Position numbers and translations under genes: made by a program
Shown: one piece after another, positions 1 to 9,719 of the stretch
How the letters are laid out: every line of letters begins with the position of its first letter
Position numbering within the stretch: the stretch's first letter is position 1
Assembly: GCA_046758505.1 (NCBI GenBank)
Contig: JBHIAH010000006.1
Location: 10,517 to 74,516 of the forward strand
Reading direction: 5' to 3'
Source: Candidatus Methylomirabilales bacterium
GTDB taxonomy: Bacteria > Methylomirabilota > Methylomirabilia > Methylomirabilales > CSP1-5
DNA: 64,000 nt
The notes under the pieces: model-generated
The model's database searches: none
What the model was told of the DNA's origin: nothing
The model's input: the letters and a program-made list of their open reading frames with translations, nothing else

Positions 1-809
1 TTCTCCCACCCCTGTCCCGCTATTTCATCAATCTCTTTGATTGGAGAACTGCATATCAACTTCTCGCCCTCTGTGCATGGATTCTCATGATCCCGGCCGC
101 CCTCCTCCTGCGACCCCACGAGAGCAGAGAGGCACGCGGTGCCCCGAAGCCTCTCCGCGCCCCCCCCAGGCCGCCGCCCCACCGCGAGGAAGGACCAGCG
201 GTCCCCTTCCCCGCGACCCCGCCGTCCATCTGGTGGCTCCGGGCGGCCATGTTCTGCTGCTGCGTCTGCATGTCGGTTCCCTTGGTCCACATTGTCGCCC
301 ACGCCACCGACATCGGCATCCCCAAGATGGCCGCGGCGGCCATCCTGGGGGTGACGGGCGCCACTGCGTTTCCGGGACGCATCGGCATGGGAATGCTGGC
401 GGATCGGATTGGGGGACGGAGGGCCCTCCTGCTCTGTTCCGGGATCCAGACCTCCATGGTCCTCGGATTTCTCCTGTCCCACACCACGGCCAGCTTCTAT
501 ATTGTGGCCGCCCTCTTCGGGATCGGCTATGGCGGCATCATTCCACAGTATCCGATCCTCTGCCGGGAGCTGTACGGAACCAAGGCCCTGGGCCGCATCT
601 TTGGCACCGTCACCCTCTTCGGCACCTCGGGGATGGCGACCGGCGGGTACCTGGGAGGCCTCCTTTTCGATCTGAGCGGCGGCTACACGCTCCCCCTCCT
701 GATCGCATTTCTTTTCGGCGGGATCAACTTTGCCATTGCGCTTTCACTCGTCCTGCGGCAGGCTGCCGAGCTGCCACAGGCGGTCGGCCTGGGCAAGATC
801 TCTCGGTAA
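1..809 (+). CDS. MFS transporter (5' part lies outside the window)
   Basis: Frame is open from the window edge (LPPLSRYFINLFDWRTAYQLL...); GMLADRIGGRR MFS loop motif; multiple hydrophobic helices. Confidence 0.85.
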   Translation, partial: LPPLSRYFINLFDWRTAYQLLALCAWILMIPAALLLRPHESREARGAPKPLRAPPRPPPHREEGPAVPFPATPPSIWWLRAAMFCCCVCMSVPLVHIVAHATDIGIPKMAAAAILGVTGATAFPGRIGMGMLADRIGGRRALLLCSGIQTSMVLGFLLSHTTASFYIVAALFGIGYGGIIPQYPILCRELYGTKALGRIFGTVTLFGTSGMATGGYLGGLLFDLSGGYTLPLLIAFLFGGINFAIALSLVLRQAAELPQAVGLGKISR

Positions 810-1092
810 CCTTCGCTCGACCCGAAGACCGTGGACCATGCAGCGCATCGAGCCAAGCCCCCTGCTGGCTCAGGGTTCAGGGTCTCATGAGAAGGCAAAG
901 CCGTTTGCACGGCGTGAACTGTGAGAGGGGGAACTTTCTTTGATGCCTTCGTTGCCCCCGTATCGAACTCTTTGGGAATATTTTGCCCCCCTGGAGAGTC
1001 TACAGGAGGTAGAGGGTGAAACGACCAGGTGTCGGCCGACGTCTCGCGAGCCTCGCGGTGTCGGGGCACGCGTACGGAAAGGAGAAAAGATT

Positions 1093-1521
1093 ATGCGGTA
1101 CTGTCGCACGTCACCCGTGCTGTGTGCCTGGATGCTGGGCATCGGACTCTTCGGTATCATGATCGCCGGGACCGCGTGGGCGGCCCAACAGGTAAAACTC
1201 AATGCTACCGAATTTGCCTTTCGTCCCTCCAGCGCCAGCGTGGAGCCGGGCGAGGTGACCTTTGTCGTCAAAAACAACGGCGAATATGTCCATGGGTTTG
1301 CCATCGAGGGCATCCGCAAGAACCTTCCCCGCATCGAGCCCGGGGAGACCGCGAGGCTCACGGTACCGCTCAGGAAGGGAACCTATACCTTCTACTGTCC
1401 GGTGAAAGGACACCGGGGAAAGGGGATGGAGGGTGCCCTCGGCGCCGGCGTGACCCCCAAAGCGGTGGAAAAAGCTCCCGTCCCCGCAGCTCCGAAAAAG
1501 AAACGTCCGGCCTACTATTAA
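1093..1521 (+). CDS. Secreted cupredoxin (type 1 copper) protein
   Basis: RBS AAGGAG before ATG 1093; signal peptide ending AWA; His (VHGF) plus C-x4-H-x4-M (YCPVKGHRGKGM) copper ligand set. Confidence 0.85.
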   Translation: MRYCRTSPVLCAWMLGIGLFGIMIAGTAWAAQQVKLNATEFAFRPSSASVEPGEVTFVVKNNGEYVHGFAIEGIRKNLPRIEPGETARLTVPLRKGTYTFYCPVKGHRGKGMEGALGAGVTPKAVEKAPVPAAPKKKRPAYY

Positions 1522-1606
1522 GTGTATAAGGAGACGGTATCCCGGCCGTCGACTGGAGAGCAGGGACGGCACGGACGCCGGCTTCAACGCCGAAAGGGAT
1601 GTTGGC

Positions 1607-2866
1607 ATGGCAGGCTCGAAAACCGGCGGAGGAGCGGAACGCTCCCTCACACGACGGGCGTTCATGCGCCTGCTGGCCGGGGCGGCGCTGGTCCCTCTCG
1701 CTCCCGCACCTCGCGCCCGGGCCGCGCGTCGTCGCCCCCTGAAGGTCGGCGCGTCCCTCAATCTCACCGGCGACTTCAACGACGAGGGGATTCGCCAGGG
1801 CCTGGCCTACCGCCTGTGGGCGGAAGAGGTGAACGCCGGCGGGGGTCTCCTCGGCCGTCCGGTCGAGCTGATCCTCTACGATGATGGCTTCTCGCCCGAC
1901 CGGGCGGCAGCCCACTATGCCCGCCTGATCAGAGAGGACCGGGTCGACCTCCTCCTCGGGCCGTTCGGGAGCATCCCCTCGGCGGGCGCCGTCCCGGTGA
2001 TCGAAGCCTCCAGGATTCCGTGTGTCATGCCCATGGCCGCCAATCCACGCATCTGGACCCCCGGGCGGCATTGGTGCGTCCAGCTCATTCCCCCGGCACC
2101 GACCTTCATGAATGGCGTGGTCACACTTCTCCAGCAGGCGAGAGTCCGCCGGCTCGCCATCATCCATGTCGATGCCCTCATGGCTCTGGATGTCGCCACC
2201 GGATTTCGGGACAAGGCGCGCCAGGCCGGCATCGCGGTGATTTTCTTCGCCCAATACGCCCACGGAGCAGGGGAAATATCCTCGGTCAAGCGGTTATACC
2301 GGCAGATCCGGGACCTCCGTCCGGACGCCGTGGGCCATATCCGCTCCGCCCACGACATGGGGGAGATTCTCCATGCGGCCGGAGAGATGGCGCTTCGCCC
2401 CCGACTTTGGGCATGGATGCAGATGGATGAGGCGGAGTGGCTGGAGGTAGAGCCGGAAGCATGCGAGGGAATGGTCGGCAGCGCCTTCTGGACGCCGGAA
2501 ATGCCCTTCCCCGGCTCACAAGCTTTCGTGCGGAGCTTTCTCGAGCGCTGGCGCCACGGGTACCCCGCGTGGCAGGAGGGGGGACTGCTGGATCACCACG
2601 GCCCCGCTGGCTATGCGGCATGTCAGCTCACGCAGCAAGCGGTGGAGGCGGTCGGGAGGCTCGACGCCGCGGCGATGCGCGACTGGCTCTTTGCGGTGCG
2701 GACGGAAACTGTCTTTGGCGGGTATGGCATCGATCACAGCGGAGCCCAGGTCCGCAAGCGCAGCCCGGTTTTGCAATGGCAGGATGGGAAGCGGGTCGTC
2801 GTGTGGCCTTCGGAGTATCGCACGGCGACCCTTCGCGTCCCCGCCCCTGTGGGAGGACCCAAGTGA
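1607..2866 (+). CDS. Branched-chain amino acid-type ABC substrate-binding protein, Tat-exported
   Basis: TRRAFM twin-arginine motif; NAGGGLLGRPVELILYDD signature; QWQDGKRVVVWP C-terminus. Confidence 0.85.
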   Translation: MAGSKTGGGAERSLTRRAFMRLLAGAALVPLAPAPRARAARRRPLKVGASLNLTGDFNDEGIRQGLAYRLWAEEVNAGGGLLGRPVELILYDDGFSPDRAAAHYARLIREDRVDLLLGPFGSIPSAGAVPVIEASRIPCVMPMAANPRIWTPGRHWCVQLIPPAPTFMNGVVTLLQQARVRRLAIIHVDALMALDVATGFRDKARQAGIAVIFFAQYAHGAGEISSVKRLYRQIRDLRPDAVGHIRSAHDMGEILHAAGEMALRPRLWAWMQMDEAEWLEVEPEACEGMVGSAFWTPEMPFPGSQAFVRSFLERWRHGYPAWQEGGLLDHHGPAGYAACQLTQQAVEAVGRLDAAAMRDWLFAVRTETVFGGYGIDHSGAQVRKRSPVLQWQDGKRVVVWPSEYRTATLRVPAPVGGPK

Positions 2867-2888
2867 CCGCGGAGCTCGGAGGGGGAAA

Positions 2889-4211
2889 ATGACGCACGAG
2901 ACGTCCCTACACCTCTACCAACGCTACGACCGTATCGTCCCCGGGGGGGTCCATTCGAACGCCCGGATGAGAGACCCCCATCCCCTCTACTTTCGCGCTG
3001 GGAGCGGGGCTCGGGTCTGGGATGTGGACGGCAACGAATACCTGGACTGCATCATCGGTTACGCGTCCTGCATCCTCGGCCACGCGGATCCCGATGTGAC
3101 CGCCGCGGTCACGGCCGTCATCGAGGCGGGGCTCAGCAACGGCCTCGAAACCGAACTCAGCCTGCGGGTGGCCGAGCAACTCCACGAGATGATCCCCGGG
3201 GCCGAGCAGGTCCGTTTTGCAGGTACCGGGACCGAGGCAGTCATGAAGAGCCTGATGATCGCCCGCGCCGTGACCGGCAAGGGCAGGATCGCCAAGGCCG
3301 AGGGGGGGTATAATGGCTGGTATGACGACGTCCTGGTCAGCGTCCGGCCTCCCGTGACCCGGGCGGGGCCGCGCCGGGCGCCGAGGCCGGTGACGGAGGC
3401 CGCCGGCTTACGGGACGGGCTCCAGACGGTGGTGATCCCCTTCAATGATGCGCGCCGCGCGGTCGATATCATTCTCAAGCAACAGAAGGATCTGGCAGCG
3501 GTCATGATCGAGCCGGTGCTCTTCGAGTGCGGTTGCATCGAGCCCGTGCCCGGTTATCTGGAAACACTCCGCGAGGTGACCGCGCGGCACAACATCCTCC
3601 TCATCTTCGACGAGATCGCCACGGGCTTCCGCTTGGCCCCGGGCGGCGCCCAGGAGCGGTATGGCGTCATGCCCGACCTGGCGGTCTTTGAAAAGGGGAT
3701 GGCCAACGGATACCCGATCAGCGCGGTGGTCGGGAGTGCGCGGTACATGCAGGCGACCCATCCGCGATCCGGATCGGTCGCCTATCTCGGGGCCAATAAT
3801 GCGAACCAGGTTCCGCTGGCCGCAGCAGCGGCGTGCCTGGCCAAGCTCAAACCCGGCGGGATCCAGGAGCAGCTTCAGGCTGCCGTCGAAACGCTGCGCA
3901 GCCACTTTAACGCATCGGTGGCAGAGACCGGTGTGGCCGCACGCTTCAACGGGATCGGGGGACTTTTCCAGGTGTACTTCACCCCACAGCCCGTTACCGA
4001 CTACCGCTCGGCGCAGCGGTCCTCCCGGGATGCCTACCACATCTTCCACCAGCGGATGTTCGAGGCCGGTATCCTCATGGGGTGGGACTACCTGTCGTCT
4101 CACCACGGCGTGAGCGCGGCCCACTCCGCGCCTGACATCGAGGCGATCGGTCGCGCCATCCGCCAGGCGATGCGGGCCGTGGCCGGACACGCTGCGCCCG
4201 GGACCCCCTGA
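2889..4211 (+). CDS. Class III PLP aminotransferase (glutamate-1-semialdehyde aminomutase-like)
   Basis: VPGGVHSNAR, WDVDGNEYLD, GTGTEA, FDEIATGFR, PLP lysine in PDLAVFEKG. Confidence 0.85.
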   Translation: MTHETSLHLYQRYDRIVPGGVHSNARMRDPHPLYFRAGSGARVWDVDGNEYLDCIIGYASCILGHADPDVTAAVTAVIEAGLSNGLETELSLRVAEQLHEMIPGAEQVRFAGTGTEAVMKSLMIARAVTGKGRIAKAEGGYNGWYDDVLVSVRPPVTRAGPRRAPRPVTEAAGLRDGLQTVVIPFNDARRAVDIILKQQKDLAAVMIEPVLFECGCIEPVPGYLETLREVTARHNILLIFDEIATGFRLAPGGAQERYGVMPDLAVFEKGMANGYPISAVVGSARYMQATHPRSGSVAYLGANNANQVPLAAAAACLAKLKPGGIQEQLQAAVETLRSHFNASVAETGVAARFNGIGGLFQVYFTPQPVTDYRSAQRSSRDAYHIFHQRMFEAGILMGWDYLSSHHGVSAAHSAPDIEAIGRAIRQAMRAVAGHAAPGTP

Positions 4212-4252
4212 CGAGCGAGCCCGCCAGCGAAGCGTCTCCCGCCCGAGGAGAG

Positions 4253-5506
4253 ATGACGCACAGCCGGCGCACATTCCTCAGGCAGGCGGCCGGACTTCTG
4301 GGCGTCCTGGCGAGTAGCTGCTCCCCCGGAGCGCTGAGCGGTCGCGGCAGTACCGCCACGCGCGAAATCACGATCGGAGCCACCTTCTCCCGGACGGGCG
4401 ACTACGCGGCAATCAGCCACGACCTCGAGCAGGGGTTTCGTCTCTGGGCCGAGGAGGTGAATGTGACCGGCGGCCTCCTGGGCCGACCGGTCAAGCTGGC
4501 CCTCGCCGATGACCAAAGCGACGGCGATGCCGCTCGCGACGCGTACCGACAGATCCTGCCACAGGCAGATGTGGTCCTCACCCCATACGGGAGCTATCTC
4601 ACCGGGGCGGTCCTTCCTTTGATCGAAGCGGCACGGGTCCCGGGTCTCGCGCCTGCCGCGGCCGACCGATCCCTCTGGACGGCGGGGCGGCAGTGGACCG
4701 TCCAGATGCTCAACCCCGCCGACAGCTTCCTCGAGGGTGCCGTGACGCTAGCCAGGGCGCGCGGCGCCCGTCGGGTCGCGACCCTTTACCGCCCCTCTCC
4801 TTTTGTCGACATGGTCATGGCCGGCGCTCGGGCGGCAGCGCGGCGCGCCGGCATGACCGTGACCGCCGTCCGGCGCTACCAGAAGCTTGCCGATATCGAG
4901 ACCGAGATGCGCGCGATCTCGGCCTCCGACATCGATCTCCTCCTCGGCGGCGGGTTCGAGCCCGGAGCCGCCGGGGGCGGTTTCCTGCCCGATGCGGTCG
5001 CGCTCGCCCGTGCCTTGCGCCGGGCCCGCATGCAGGTCCCGATGGTGACATGGCTGGTTGGGTCAAGTTTCCCAGGGTTCGGCGAAGCCCTGGGAGCGGA
5101 GGTGGAAGGCATGACGGGGAACACGGCCTGGAAGCCGCTGCTTAAGACGCCCGGCAATCCGGCCTTCATTACCGCCTACCGCCGGCGATGGGGGGCCGCC
5201 CCCGACGCGCACGCGGCACAGGGCTACGCGGCCGGACAGGTCATTGGCGAGGCGATTCGACGGGCGGGATCTTTATCTCCCACGGCGGTGCGGGATGCAC
5301 TCTTCCGTCTTGAGATGCGCACCGTGTTCGGTCGGTTTCAGGTGAGCGCTTCTGGCTTGCAAATCGGCAAGGTGAATGCCATCCTCCAATGGCAGGAGGG
5401 AGACCGCCAGGTGGTCTGGCCCCCGTGGCTCAGGACTGCGCACCTGCGGTATCGGGTCACCGAGGCATCCTTCCGCGGGTCCATCCAATCCAATATCATT
5501 CGCTGA
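4253..5506 (+). CDS. Branched-chain amino acid-type ABC substrate-binding protein, Tat-exported
   Basis: SRRTFL Tat motif; GGLLGRPVKL; paralogous to 1607-2866. Confidence 0.85.
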   Translation: MTHSRRTFLRQAAGLLGVLASSCSPGALSGRGSTATREITIGATFSRTGDYAAISHDLEQGFRLWAEEVNVTGGLLGRPVKLALADDQSDGDAARDAYRQILPQADVVLTPYGSYLTGAVLPLIEAARVPGLAPAAADRSLWTAGRQWTVQMLNPADSFLEGAVTLARARGARRVATLYRPSPFVDMVMAGARAAARRAGMTVTAVRRYQKLADIETEMRAISASDIDLLLGGGFEPGAAGGGFLPDAVALARALRRARMQVPMVTWLVGSSFPGFGEALGAEVEGMTGNTAWKPLLKTPGNPAFITAYRRRWGAAPDAHAAQGYAAGQVIGEAIRRAGSLSPTAVRDALFRLEMRTVFGRFQVSASGLQIGKVNAILQWQEGDRQVVWPPWLRTAHLRYRVTEASFRGSIQSNIIR

Positions 5507-5523
5507 ACCAGGAGGGACCAACT

Positions 5524-6498
5524 GTGAAGGCGATTCGCGTGCACGAGTATGGGGGGCCGGAGGCCCTCACGCTGGAAGAGCTGCCCATTCCGCACCCGGG
5601 GTCGGGCCAAGCGCTCGTAAAGATCGAGGCCGCCGGCCTCAACTTTATCGATGTGTACCACCGGACCGGCCTCTACCCCGCTCCCCTCCCCCGCCTCATG
5701 GGCGTCGAGGGGGCCGGCGTCGTGGAGGCCGTCGGCCCGGAGGTGACAGAGGTCCGGGTGGGCGACCGTGTGGCCTACGCCTCCACGGCCGCCCCCGGCG
5801 CCTATGCGGAATACGCCCTCATCCCCTCGGCGCGCCTGGTCATCATTCCTCCAGGTGTGGACGCGCGCGCGGCGGCCGCCGCGATGCTCCAGGGCATGAC
5901 GGCGCACTACCTGACGCGGTCCACGTATCCCCTCAAGAAAGGAGAGGCCTGTCTCATCCATGCGGCGGCAGGGGGGGTCGGATTGCTTCTCTGCCAGATG
6001 GCCCGGCAGGCAGGGGCACGGGTCTTTGGAACGGTCTCGACCGAAGAGAAGGCCCGCCTCGCGCGTGAGGCGGGGGCCGAGGTGGCAATCCGCTACACCA
6101 CGCAGGACTTCGAGGCAGAGGTCACGCGGCTCACCGACGGCCAGGGCGTGCAGGTCGTCTACGACTCGGTCGCCAAGGATACTTTTGAGAAGAGCCTGAA
6201 CTGTCTGGCACCCCGCGGCACCCTGGTCCTCTACGGACAGTCGAGCGGACCCGTCCCTCCCTTCGATGCAAATGCGTTGAGCCAGAAGGGCTCGCTCTTT
6301 CTCACGCGCCCCACCCTCGCCCACTACATCCGCACGCGGGAGGAACTGATCGAGCGCGCACACGACGTCCTACACGGAGTGTCCACCGGCACCCTGAAGC
6401 TCCGGATCGGTGCGACGTTCCCCCTTGCAGATGTCGCCGAGGCCCACTGCCAGCTCGAGGGGCGCAAGACGGCCGGCAAAGTCCTGTTGATCCCATGA
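5524..6498 (+). CDS. qor: NADPH:quinone oxidoreductase (zeta-crystallin/MDR family)
   Basis: GTG after GGAGG; AAGLNFIDVY, HAAAGGVG, YGQSSG, KGSLFLTRPTL. Confidence 0.9.
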   Translation: MKAIRVHEYGGPEALTLEELPIPHPGSGQALVKIEAAGLNFIDVYHRTGLYPAPLPRLMGVEGAGVVEAVGPEVTEVRVGDRVAYASTAAPGAYAEYALIPSARLVIIPPGVDARAAAAAMLQGMTAHYLTRSTYPLKKGEACLIHAAAGGVGLLLCQMARQAGARVFGTVSTEEKARLAREAGAEVAIRYTTQDFEAEVTRLTDGQGVQVVYDSVAKDTFEKSLNCLAPRGTLVLYGQSSGPVPPFDANALSQKGSLFLTRPTLAHYIRTREELIERAHDVLHGVSTGTLKLRIGATFPLADVAEAHCQLEGRKTAGKVLLIP

Positions 6499-6637
6499 TC
6501 GATGACCAACGACGGATGACCGGTGACCGTGAAGAGCAGCGGTGAGCGAATAAATAGCTGAGAGTTGTGAGCTTTCTTGGCCGTTCGAGTCTACACATCA
6601 CAAGGATCCTGGAGGGGTGCGGCAAAGGAGGAACGCC

Positions 6638-7702
6638 ATGAGGCATCGCATTGCGGTGATCCCGGGCGATGGGATCGGTAAGGAGGTGGTACCTGAAGGC
6701 ATGCGCGTGCTCGAGGCCGCCGGGCGCCGATTCGGCTTTGACTTCGAGTGGACGACCTTCGACTGGAGCTGCGAGGTGTATGCGAAGACCGGTCGCATGA
6801 TGCCCGAGGATGGGCTCGATCAGCTCCTAAACTTCGAGGCAATCTATCTCGGTGCGGTCGGCTTTCCCGGGGTGCCCGACCATGTCTCGCTGTGGGGACT
6901 ACTCATCCCGATCCGGCGCGCGTTCCGCCAGTATATTAACCTCCGTCCGGTGCGGCTGTTGAAGGGCGTGCAGTCCCCCCTCGTCGGGCGCACGCCCCGG
7001 GACATCGACCTCGTGATCGTGCGCGAGAACAACGAGGGCGAGTATTCGGCGATCGGGGGCCGGCTGTATCATGGCACCGCCGAAGAGCTGGTGGTGCAGC
7101 AGTCGGTGTTTACGCGCCAGGGCTGCGACCGCGTGATGCGCTACGCCTTCGAGCTTGCCATGGGCCGGCCGGCGCGGCATCTCACCTCGGCCACCAAATC
7201 GAACGGGATCATCCACAGCATGCCATACTGGGATGAGCGGTTCGCCGCCATGGCGAGGAACTATCCAGCGATCACGACCGACCAGTACCACATCGACATC
7301 TTGGCCGCCCATTTCGTCCAGCATCCCGACTGGTTCGACGTGATCGTGGCCAGTAACCTCTTTGGGGATATCCTCTCCGACCTCGGCCCGGCGATCGCCG
7401 GCTCGATCGGGACGGCCCCCGGGGCCAACATCAACCCGGAGAAGGACTACCCCTCGATGTTCGAGCCGGTGCACGGCTCGGCGCCGGACATCGCCGGGAA
7501 AGACCTCGCCAACCCGATCGGACAGATCTGGTCGGGCGCTCTGATGCTCGATCACCTCGGACATCCCGAGGCGGCCCGAGCCATCGTAGCCGCGATCGAG
7601 AACGTCGTGGCGGAGGGGACGGTGCTTACGCGCGACCTGGGGGGGAAGGCCGCGACCGCCGAGGTGGCCGAGGCGATCGCCACCAGGACGGCGGCCGGCT
7701 AA
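6638..7702 (+). CDS. ttuC: Tartrate dehydrogenase / D-malate dehydrogenase (decarboxylating)
   Basis: IPGDGIGKEV, PDHVSLWGLLIPIRR, SATKSNGI, SNLFGDILSDL, FEPVHGSAPDIAG. Confidence 0.9.
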   Translation: MRHRIAVIPGDGIGKEVVPEGMRVLEAAGRRFGFDFEWTTFDWSCEVYAKTGRMMPEDGLDQLLNFEAIYLGAVGFPGVPDHVSLWGLLIPIRRAFRQYINLRPVRLLKGVQSPLVGRTPRDIDLVIVRENNEGEYSAIGGRLYHGTAEELVVQQSVFTRQGCDRVMRYAFELAMGRPARHLTSATKSNGIIHSMPYWDERFAAMARNYPAITTDQYHIDILAAHFVQHPDWFDVIVASNLFGDILSDLGPAIAGSIGTAPGANINPEKDYPSMFEPVHGSAPDIAGKDLANPIGQIWSGALMLDHLGHPEAARAIVAAIENVVAEGTVLTRDLGGKAATAEVAEAIATRTAAG

Positions 7703-7720
7703 TCGCAACCCCGAAGGCTT

Positions 7721-7736
7721 CGCAACCTCTATGCCA
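7721..7736 (-). promoter_or_regulatory. Orphan sigma54 (-24/-12) promoter-like site
   Basis: Minus strand TGGCATAGAGGTTGCG (GG-N10-GC); points antisense into ttuC, no gene follows. Confidence 0.45.
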
Positions 7737-7770
7737 CAGGGGTGCGGAGAGGGATGGCGGGGTGGCGCGG

Positions 7771-7797
7771 AATGTCAAGATTCAAGACCCGACCCTA
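7771..7797 (+). repeat. Y1-transposase-end-like motif, first copy of a dispersed family
   Basis: AATGTCAAGATTCAAGACCCGACCCTA; related copies at 9601, 10543, 12320, 13015, 13185, 13309, 14181, 14261 and inverted at 14650, 15434. Confidence 0.7.
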
Positions 7798-7860
7798 ACC
7801 CCCGTAAATCATTGTGCCGGAGGTGGGGCTAGCCGCCATGCCTCCCCCGGATGCTTTCCG

Positions 7861-8637
7861 TCAGAGCAAGATCCCCAAGATACGAATGACTAACCGTTGG
7901 CCCCTGGACCGTTCGCCCCTGGAGTTTGTCGCGCGTATTTTTTCCTGCGTACAGATCTCACGCGCGTTTGTTGCTGCATCGCCGGTAATCGAGACGCCAA
8001 AGTCGATCCCCTTAAGGTCGTCGACGGTGAAGGGCCGCTCGGGGCGCACTTGCCTGCTGTTGTAATACACGACGTCTTTTTCGGTGTCCACGAACAGATA
8101 CAGCCACTCGCCCGATGGGAGGTAGGCCTCTTGCCTCATCGCACCGAACCCCGTGCCGAGAAGTAAGAGGTAGCGCCCATCCGTGGACCACAGCAGGCAT
8201 TCTGATTCCGGCGGTCCCTCGTCCGGCGAGCGAAAAACATCTTTGTAATGAGTCGTTTCCCCGCGGTCGTTCGTCGTGAGGCGGACGACGAAGTGACGCT
8301 CGGCAAACGCAGGCACCTCCTGGACCTCAGCCACCACCCGACCATCCGGGGAGGGAGCCGACAGACTCACGTATACCTGGGTCCACGACGCGAGAACAAT
8401 CGGCAAAAACAGGCTCATCACACTCGCCAGTGCGGCCAACACGATCTTGAGATACATGCGCGATGTGAAGAAACACCCGAGCAAGACGGCGGCCAGGACA
8501 ATGATGAATGAAATGAGGCCATTGCCTCCGAAGTAAGCATTGGCGAACAGGGCCACTATGAGTATTGTGAAAACCCCAAGTTTCAGCGCGACGCGCCCCG
8601 ATCGCCGATCCCCCGGTGTCTGCTGTGCGAGTTCCAC
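7861..8637 (-). CDS. Hypothetical membrane protein
   Basis: 258 aa ORF; about three N-terminal TM segments then a soluble domain; sigma54 site upstream. Confidence 0.6.
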   Translation of the reverse strand: MELAQQTPGDRRSGRVALKLGVFTILIVALFANAYFGGNGLISFIIVLAAVLLGCFFTSRMYLKIVLAALASVMSLFLPIVLASWTQVYVSLSAPSPDGRVVAEVQEVPAFAERHFVVRLTTNDRGETTHYKDVFRSPDEGPPESECLLWSTDGRYLLLLGTGFGAMRQEAYLPSGEWLYLFVDTEKDVVYYNSRQVRPERPFTVDDLKGIDFGVSITGDAATNAREICTQEKIRATNSRGERSRGQRLVIRILGILL

Positions 8638-8705
8638 TCCGCAGGTCCCTTCTTTTTCTTAAAAAAGCAAAACGCCTTGACGGCTCTCCTTCACCGTAAA
8701 GGCGC

Positions 8706-8721
8706 TGCAATCATTGTGCCG
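8706..8721 (-). promoter_or_regulatory. sigma54 promoter
   Basis: Minus strand CGGCACAATGATTGCA, about 70 bp upstream of the 8637 start. Confidence 0.65.
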
Positions 8722-8761
8722 GGGGTGGGCGAAGAGATCGGCGGGCCTTAAATTCAACTCC

Positions 8762-9460
8762 CTACAAGTGCAAATCGCAGTTTTGACAATGATTGAACGG
8801 CCTGGGAATCCACTCGAATAATACGTTATCCAACTTCCACGGGTCGAGCATGTTGAAGTACTCCCCGCAGCGAGGACATTTGACGGAGCCCGTGAGACCC
8901 CCCAAAATCCCCAAGAGGCCGACATAGCAGAAGGCAAATACCTTACTCGTGGACGTGGACACTTGAGAGACCAGGATGACGGCGGGAAGAAACAAGAAAA
9001 ATAACACCAGTGTTCCGATGTTCCGCCGCCGGATCCGCTGCAATACCCGCATCTCCTCGGCATTGGGTGGCTTGGTTTCGTGGATAAAGAACGCATCGGT
9101 CTCCCGCCCTTTGTATACCATGGGAATTCTTACGGTTAAGAGGTCCTCGAACACACTCTGAAATTGTTCGTAAGACCAGCTGAGGTTTCTCTCCCTGGCC
9201 AATTGAGCATAGAGTTTTTCTCTCGGCACGGTCAGGTCTTTGATATCCAGCAGATCGTTCGAGGCGATGTATGACGCGATCTCGAGACACTGGGGATCCG
9301 GAAGCCTGGTATCCGTGGCTTGCCAGCGGATATCTTGCGGCTCGTCGTCGTCAGGCCAACTGACATGCACCTCAACGACATCAAAGGTTTCTTTTGTAAT
9401 TCTTACGGTCGGGCTATCGAACATCGCCAGAAACCCGCGCAAGAATTCTACTCGACGCAT
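8762..9460 (-). CDS. Hypothetical protein with C-terminal TM pair and CxxC...CxxC zinc ribbon
   Basis: ORF with KCPRCG and HCQNCD; likely ATG at 9460. Confidence 0.6.
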   Translation of the reverse strand: MRRVEFLRGFLAMFDSPTVRITKETFDVVEVHVSWPDDDEPQDIRWQATDTRLPDPQCLEIASYIASNDLLDIKDLTVPREKLYAQLARERNLSWSYEQFQSVFEDLLTVRIPMVYKGRETDAFFIHETKPPNAEEMRVLQRIRRRNIGTLVLFFLFLPAVILVSQVSTSTSKVFAFCYVGLLGILGGLTGSVKCPRCGEYFNMLDPWKLDNVLFEWIPRPFNHCQNCDLHL

Positions 9461-9547
9461 AGATATAACTTCCCCACGTATCACAGAGCGAATCAAGCGA
9501 GCCTGAAAAGTAAAACGCCCTCACGGCCTCCTTCGCCGCAAAGGCGC

Positions 9548-9563
9548 TGCAACCCTTATGCCA
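9548..9563 (-). promoter_or_regulatory. sigma54 promoter
   Basis: Minus strand TGGCATAAGGGTTGCA; adjacent leader 9512-9552 is homologous to 8670-8710. Confidence 0.65.
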
Positions 9564-9625
9564 CGACTAGAGCACATCACAGGCCTGGCCCCGCCCCTCT
9601 TTGCCCAAGACGCGACCCATCGAAC

Positions 9626-9683
9626 ATCGGCGTTCGCCGGCACGCCTGAAGTGCGGCGCGCTCAATTGCCCTGCCCCCGAGCC
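9626..9683 (+). repeat. About 58 bp direct repeat, second copy at 13116-13173
   Basis: ATCGGCGTTCGCCGGCAC.CCTGAAGTGCGGCG..CT.AATTGCCCTGCCCCCGAGCC; 4 mismatches by eye. Confidence 0.85.
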
Positions 9684-9719
9684 CCACTCGCAATCTAGGC
9701 ATTAACCATAGACGCCCAC

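Noticed and set aside
2889..4211. hemL assignment
   Set aside because: Key motifs diverge and there are no tetrapyrrole genes nearby
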